Source of the DNA: Octopus bimaculoides
Lineage: Eukaryota
Length of the DNA stretch: 64,000 bases
NCBI RefSeq assembly: GCF_001194135.2
Contig: NC_068985.1
Coordinates: forward strand, 18,191,142-18,255,141
Reading direction: 5' to 3'
The notes under the pieces were generated by a model, which did not search any database, was not told the origin of the DNA, and was given only the letters and a program-made list of their open reading frames with translations. The position numbers and the translations under genes were made by a program. Position 1 is the first letter of the stretch. Every line of letters begins with the position of its first letter. This document shows, piece after piece, positions 61,177 through 64,000 of this stretch.

Positions 61177-61960
61177 TTATAGACTGATTTCAATTGGAGT
61201 TGTTTTGGTTTTATTAATTTTAAAATGTTCGACAGTATCAATATCTATGGAATGTCGTCTCATCAAATGTGCTTTTAGGTTGCCTTTTGTTGTGCTTTTA
61301 TAGTCACAAACATGACATGCAAATGGTTTTTCATGGGTGTGCAAACGAATATGAACTTTCAAATGGTCTTGTTTTTTAAATGTCCGTCCACAATAAAGGC
61401 ATGACCATTTGCGCTCGCTATTATGACAATTATAAATATGCTTTTGAAGACAGTTTTGGATCTTGTATGTCCGGCCACAATGTTCACACATGAAATGTGC
61501 TTCTTCTTTATGAAACTGTTGTATATGCTCAGTAAGGCCACGTTTCCTTATAAATTCTGCATTACAGAACTCGCATTTGAAGAGGGTGCAGTTAGCTGGC
61601 AATGGCACAGCATGCTGAAAATATCGATGAAAAGGTAAATAATCAGGATTTTGAGAACTGAAACCACATTCTATACAAGAGTTGCTATTGGCAATATTCT
61701 CACCACTGGAGTGACTACCAACTACAACAAATTCTGGAATATCATCTAAGAGAACATTGTGCACATTTCTCAAATGTGACACAACAATTTCGGCAAATAG
61801 GAATGAGGTATGGCAGATTGTACAGATGAATTCCACTTTATCACTGGAGGCAGTGGCACCGATTTGTCCAATAACCATCTTTTCCTGAGAATCACATTCT
61901 TCAATTTCATAGACCGTTGGAGATGAACTACTCTCTAATTCCACCTCAATAGGATTGCTG
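61177..61960 (-). CDS. Terminal coding exon of a C2H2 zinc-finger protein (about 6 fingers)
   Basis: Uninterrupted ORF with C-x2-C-x12-H-x3/4-H repeats, including CLYCGRTFKKQDHLKVHIRLH-THEKPF-ACHVCDYKSTTKGNLKAHLMRRH. Tandem acceptor TTTCAG/CAG at 61961 and 61958. Upstream exons were not found in the window. Confidence 0.88.
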
Positions 61961-62061
61961 CTGAAATGATAGAGGAAAACAAAAATTAATCGAGGAAAAT
62001 AAGTGTTATTCTTCAAAATGGTTAAAACTTCAAAACACAGCTTTGAATAAAAAGTAATTTA

Positions 62062-62665
62062 AACAAGAGCACTCAGAAAGCGCAAACCTCCACCAAGGCA
62101 ACACCAACATCCTCTCAAAGATTAGCCAGAAATGATTTTTAAAATGAGAATATCTTAAATATACTCGACTGCTCTCACAAACAAGAATACTAAAAATGAA
62201 CCTGACCACTCTCAAAAATTAAGTAAAAAAAAAAAGGAAAAATAATGCAAACTCCTTGTCTGGTACCTGATCTATCCCAATGGTAGTCATGAAATGTGAA
62301 GGTGGCAGTAGAAAATTTAGTAACACTTATAAATAGTTTATCCTTATCTAAAACAAGCCAAAGTTAACAAATTCACCATTCAAAATAGTTACAGCCTAAA
62401 GGGAGATCATTGAGAAAGTCTTGAAAGTTAACATAAGATTATAATCATGTAAAGTAAATAAATATAACAAATAACCCAGAATCCTTGTCTGGTACCAGAT
62501 CAATCCCAAAATCTAAATACTTTGTGCCAGTCACAAGGCCAAACATCCTTGAAAGTTTCATCCAAATCCATCCAGTGGTCCTTAAGAAATCTTGTCCACT
62601 GACAAACAAAGAAACAAACACGACTGAAAACAATACCTCTGACTTCTTTAAGGTGGAGGTAATAA
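62062..62665 (-). mobile_element. Non-autonomous Helentron-type element
   Basis: Reverse complement begins TTATTACCTCCACC and ends CCTTGGTGGAGGTTTGCGCTTTCTGAGTGCTCTTGTTT, the same architecture as 51072-51701. Confidence 0.7.
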
Positions 62666-62752
62666 CTAATAATTATTAAAAAATAAATAATTAAAATAAC
62701 TAATGATGACTTACAAATTCATTTTAATACATTCCAACAGATTTAAACATGA

Positions 62753-62935
62753 TTATGCTAATCACTGTTGTATATCTTCATTGGAGAATAACTTTCAGAT
62801 GAATGTGAGTTCAAAATACATAAGAGATCTTTGGGACTTATGTTAATGAATTTAGTGCGTTATAATCACACATTCATCTAAAAAGAGAAACTGTTCTCAA
62901 ATAATGAAATACAACAGTGATTAGCATAACATTCA
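62753..62935. mobile_element. MITE-like inverted repeat
   Basis: TTATGCTAATCACTGTTGTAT...GATGAATGTG versus CACATTCATC...ATACAACAGTGATTAGCATAA. Confidence 0.6.
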
Positions 62936-63410
62936 AATCTGCCAGAACATATTAAACATAAATATGGAAGTTAATGTTCTGATTCTTGCTGTTCACTAGG
63001 CACATAATGATATTCCAGTATTTTACCAATGTCATTTCTTAACCTATGTGGACAGCTTGCTTCAAAACAGTAGAATGGCAAATTAATGGGTGGCATGCTT
63101 GCATGAAATCATTGAAGTGTTTGGAAGGACAGCCAAACTAAATCTCTTAAAGTTACTAAATTATGAAGTGATAACTCCAAAAAATTTGTTTATTTTGTTG
63201 AATTATTTGACCTTTCAAAATATACACACTCTGAAATACAATATCACATCAACATTAATGCTTCTCATAAGCTGTTTACACCTTTGATATAACATGAGTA
63301 CTGACAAAAAAAAAACAAGTAAGGTTTAGCAACAGGAAGAGCATCTAACCATAAAAATCTTGCCTCAAAATGTGAACCAGTTTATGTCATGCTAACATGG
63401 ACAACATACA

Positions 63411-63552
63411 TTAACCCTTTTGTTACTATATTTTTGTTGAAATATAATATTTTTGTTTCAATTAATTCTGAATATATTAAATTTAGTAAAACAACTTGTA
63501 CTGTAGAACCAGGGGTGGTCTTAGGTATGTTGGTTGCTAGCAAAAGGGTTAA
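63411..63552. mobile_element. piggyBac-type MITE with TTAA target duplication
   Basis: TTAA-CCCTTTTGTTAC ... GCTAGCAAAAGGG-TTAA. Confidence 0.7.
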
Positions 63553-63789
63553 ACAACACAAAATGAATAAACAGAAGATTGACATTAAATATGGGGAATT
63601 AATTTGTGATGTTCTCTTTTATTGTTTATTTATTTCTGTGATTAGACAGGGACTTTGAAGAGTTTTGTTGAACAAATCAACACAAGTAGTTTGTTTGTTT
63701 TTGTTTTTAGTGTGATACTTATTCCGTTTGTCTCTTTTGCTGAGCCACTAAGTTACACAGATACAATCACACACACGCACACACACAAC

Positions 63790-63935
63790 GGGTTTCCATC
63801 AATCAAATACACTCACAAGACATTGGTTAACCCAGAGCTATGGTAGAAAGCACTTACATAAGGTGCTACACAGTGGGACTGAACCTGAAACCATGTGGTT
63901 GCAAATTAAGTTTCTTAACTACACAGCCATGCCTG
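63790..63935 (-). mobile_element. SINE family C head
   Basis: Reverse complement reads GGCATGGCTGTGTAGTTAAG...GGTTCAGTCCCACTGTGTAGCACC. Confidence 0.7.
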
Positions 63936-64000
63936 CACCTTATTTTGATGCTAAAGAGCAGTGACTGCTATCAATAATACTAGCAGTAGTAGTGGTTGTA

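Noticed and set aside
61961-62016. Met start of the 279-aa zinc-finger ORF (MKNNTYFPRLIFVFLYHF)
   Set aside because: This segment is the pyrimidine-rich intron end before the acceptor.
62715-62877. Possible upstream zinc-finger exon (AG acceptor and GTAAGT donor on the minus strand)
   Set aside because: Stops occur in all frames and it overlaps a MITE-like inverted repeat.

Overview
This is AT-rich, microsatellite-dense animal genomic DNA with many N gaps. The repeat content looks Octopus-like (inference). It holds two host genes. The first is a three-coding-exon, plus-strand prepro-neuropeptide gene (30073-37487, 124 aa) with a signal peptide, a KKR site on a 33-nt micro-exon, and a predicted 51-aa amidated peptide resembling the CRF/DH44/ELH family. 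The second is the terminal coding exon of a minus-strand C2H2 zinc-finger gene (61177-61960). The rest is mostly transposon debris: Tc1/mariner elements and MITEs, CR1, RTE, Tx1 and R4/Dong LINE remnants, Helentron-type elements, a piggyBac-type MITE and several tRNA-derived SINE families. The most unusual signal is a set of Penelope-like-element (PLE) tails carrying minimal hammerhead ribozyme motifs. One has a fully canonical core (26499-26584). Another is built into a tRNA-headed SINE preceded by an inverted copy of its own tail (13507-13951). Several more are variant or decayed, and some lie at the centre of fold-back palindromes. All calls are from reading the sequence by eye. No searches were run, and repeat boundaries are approximate.
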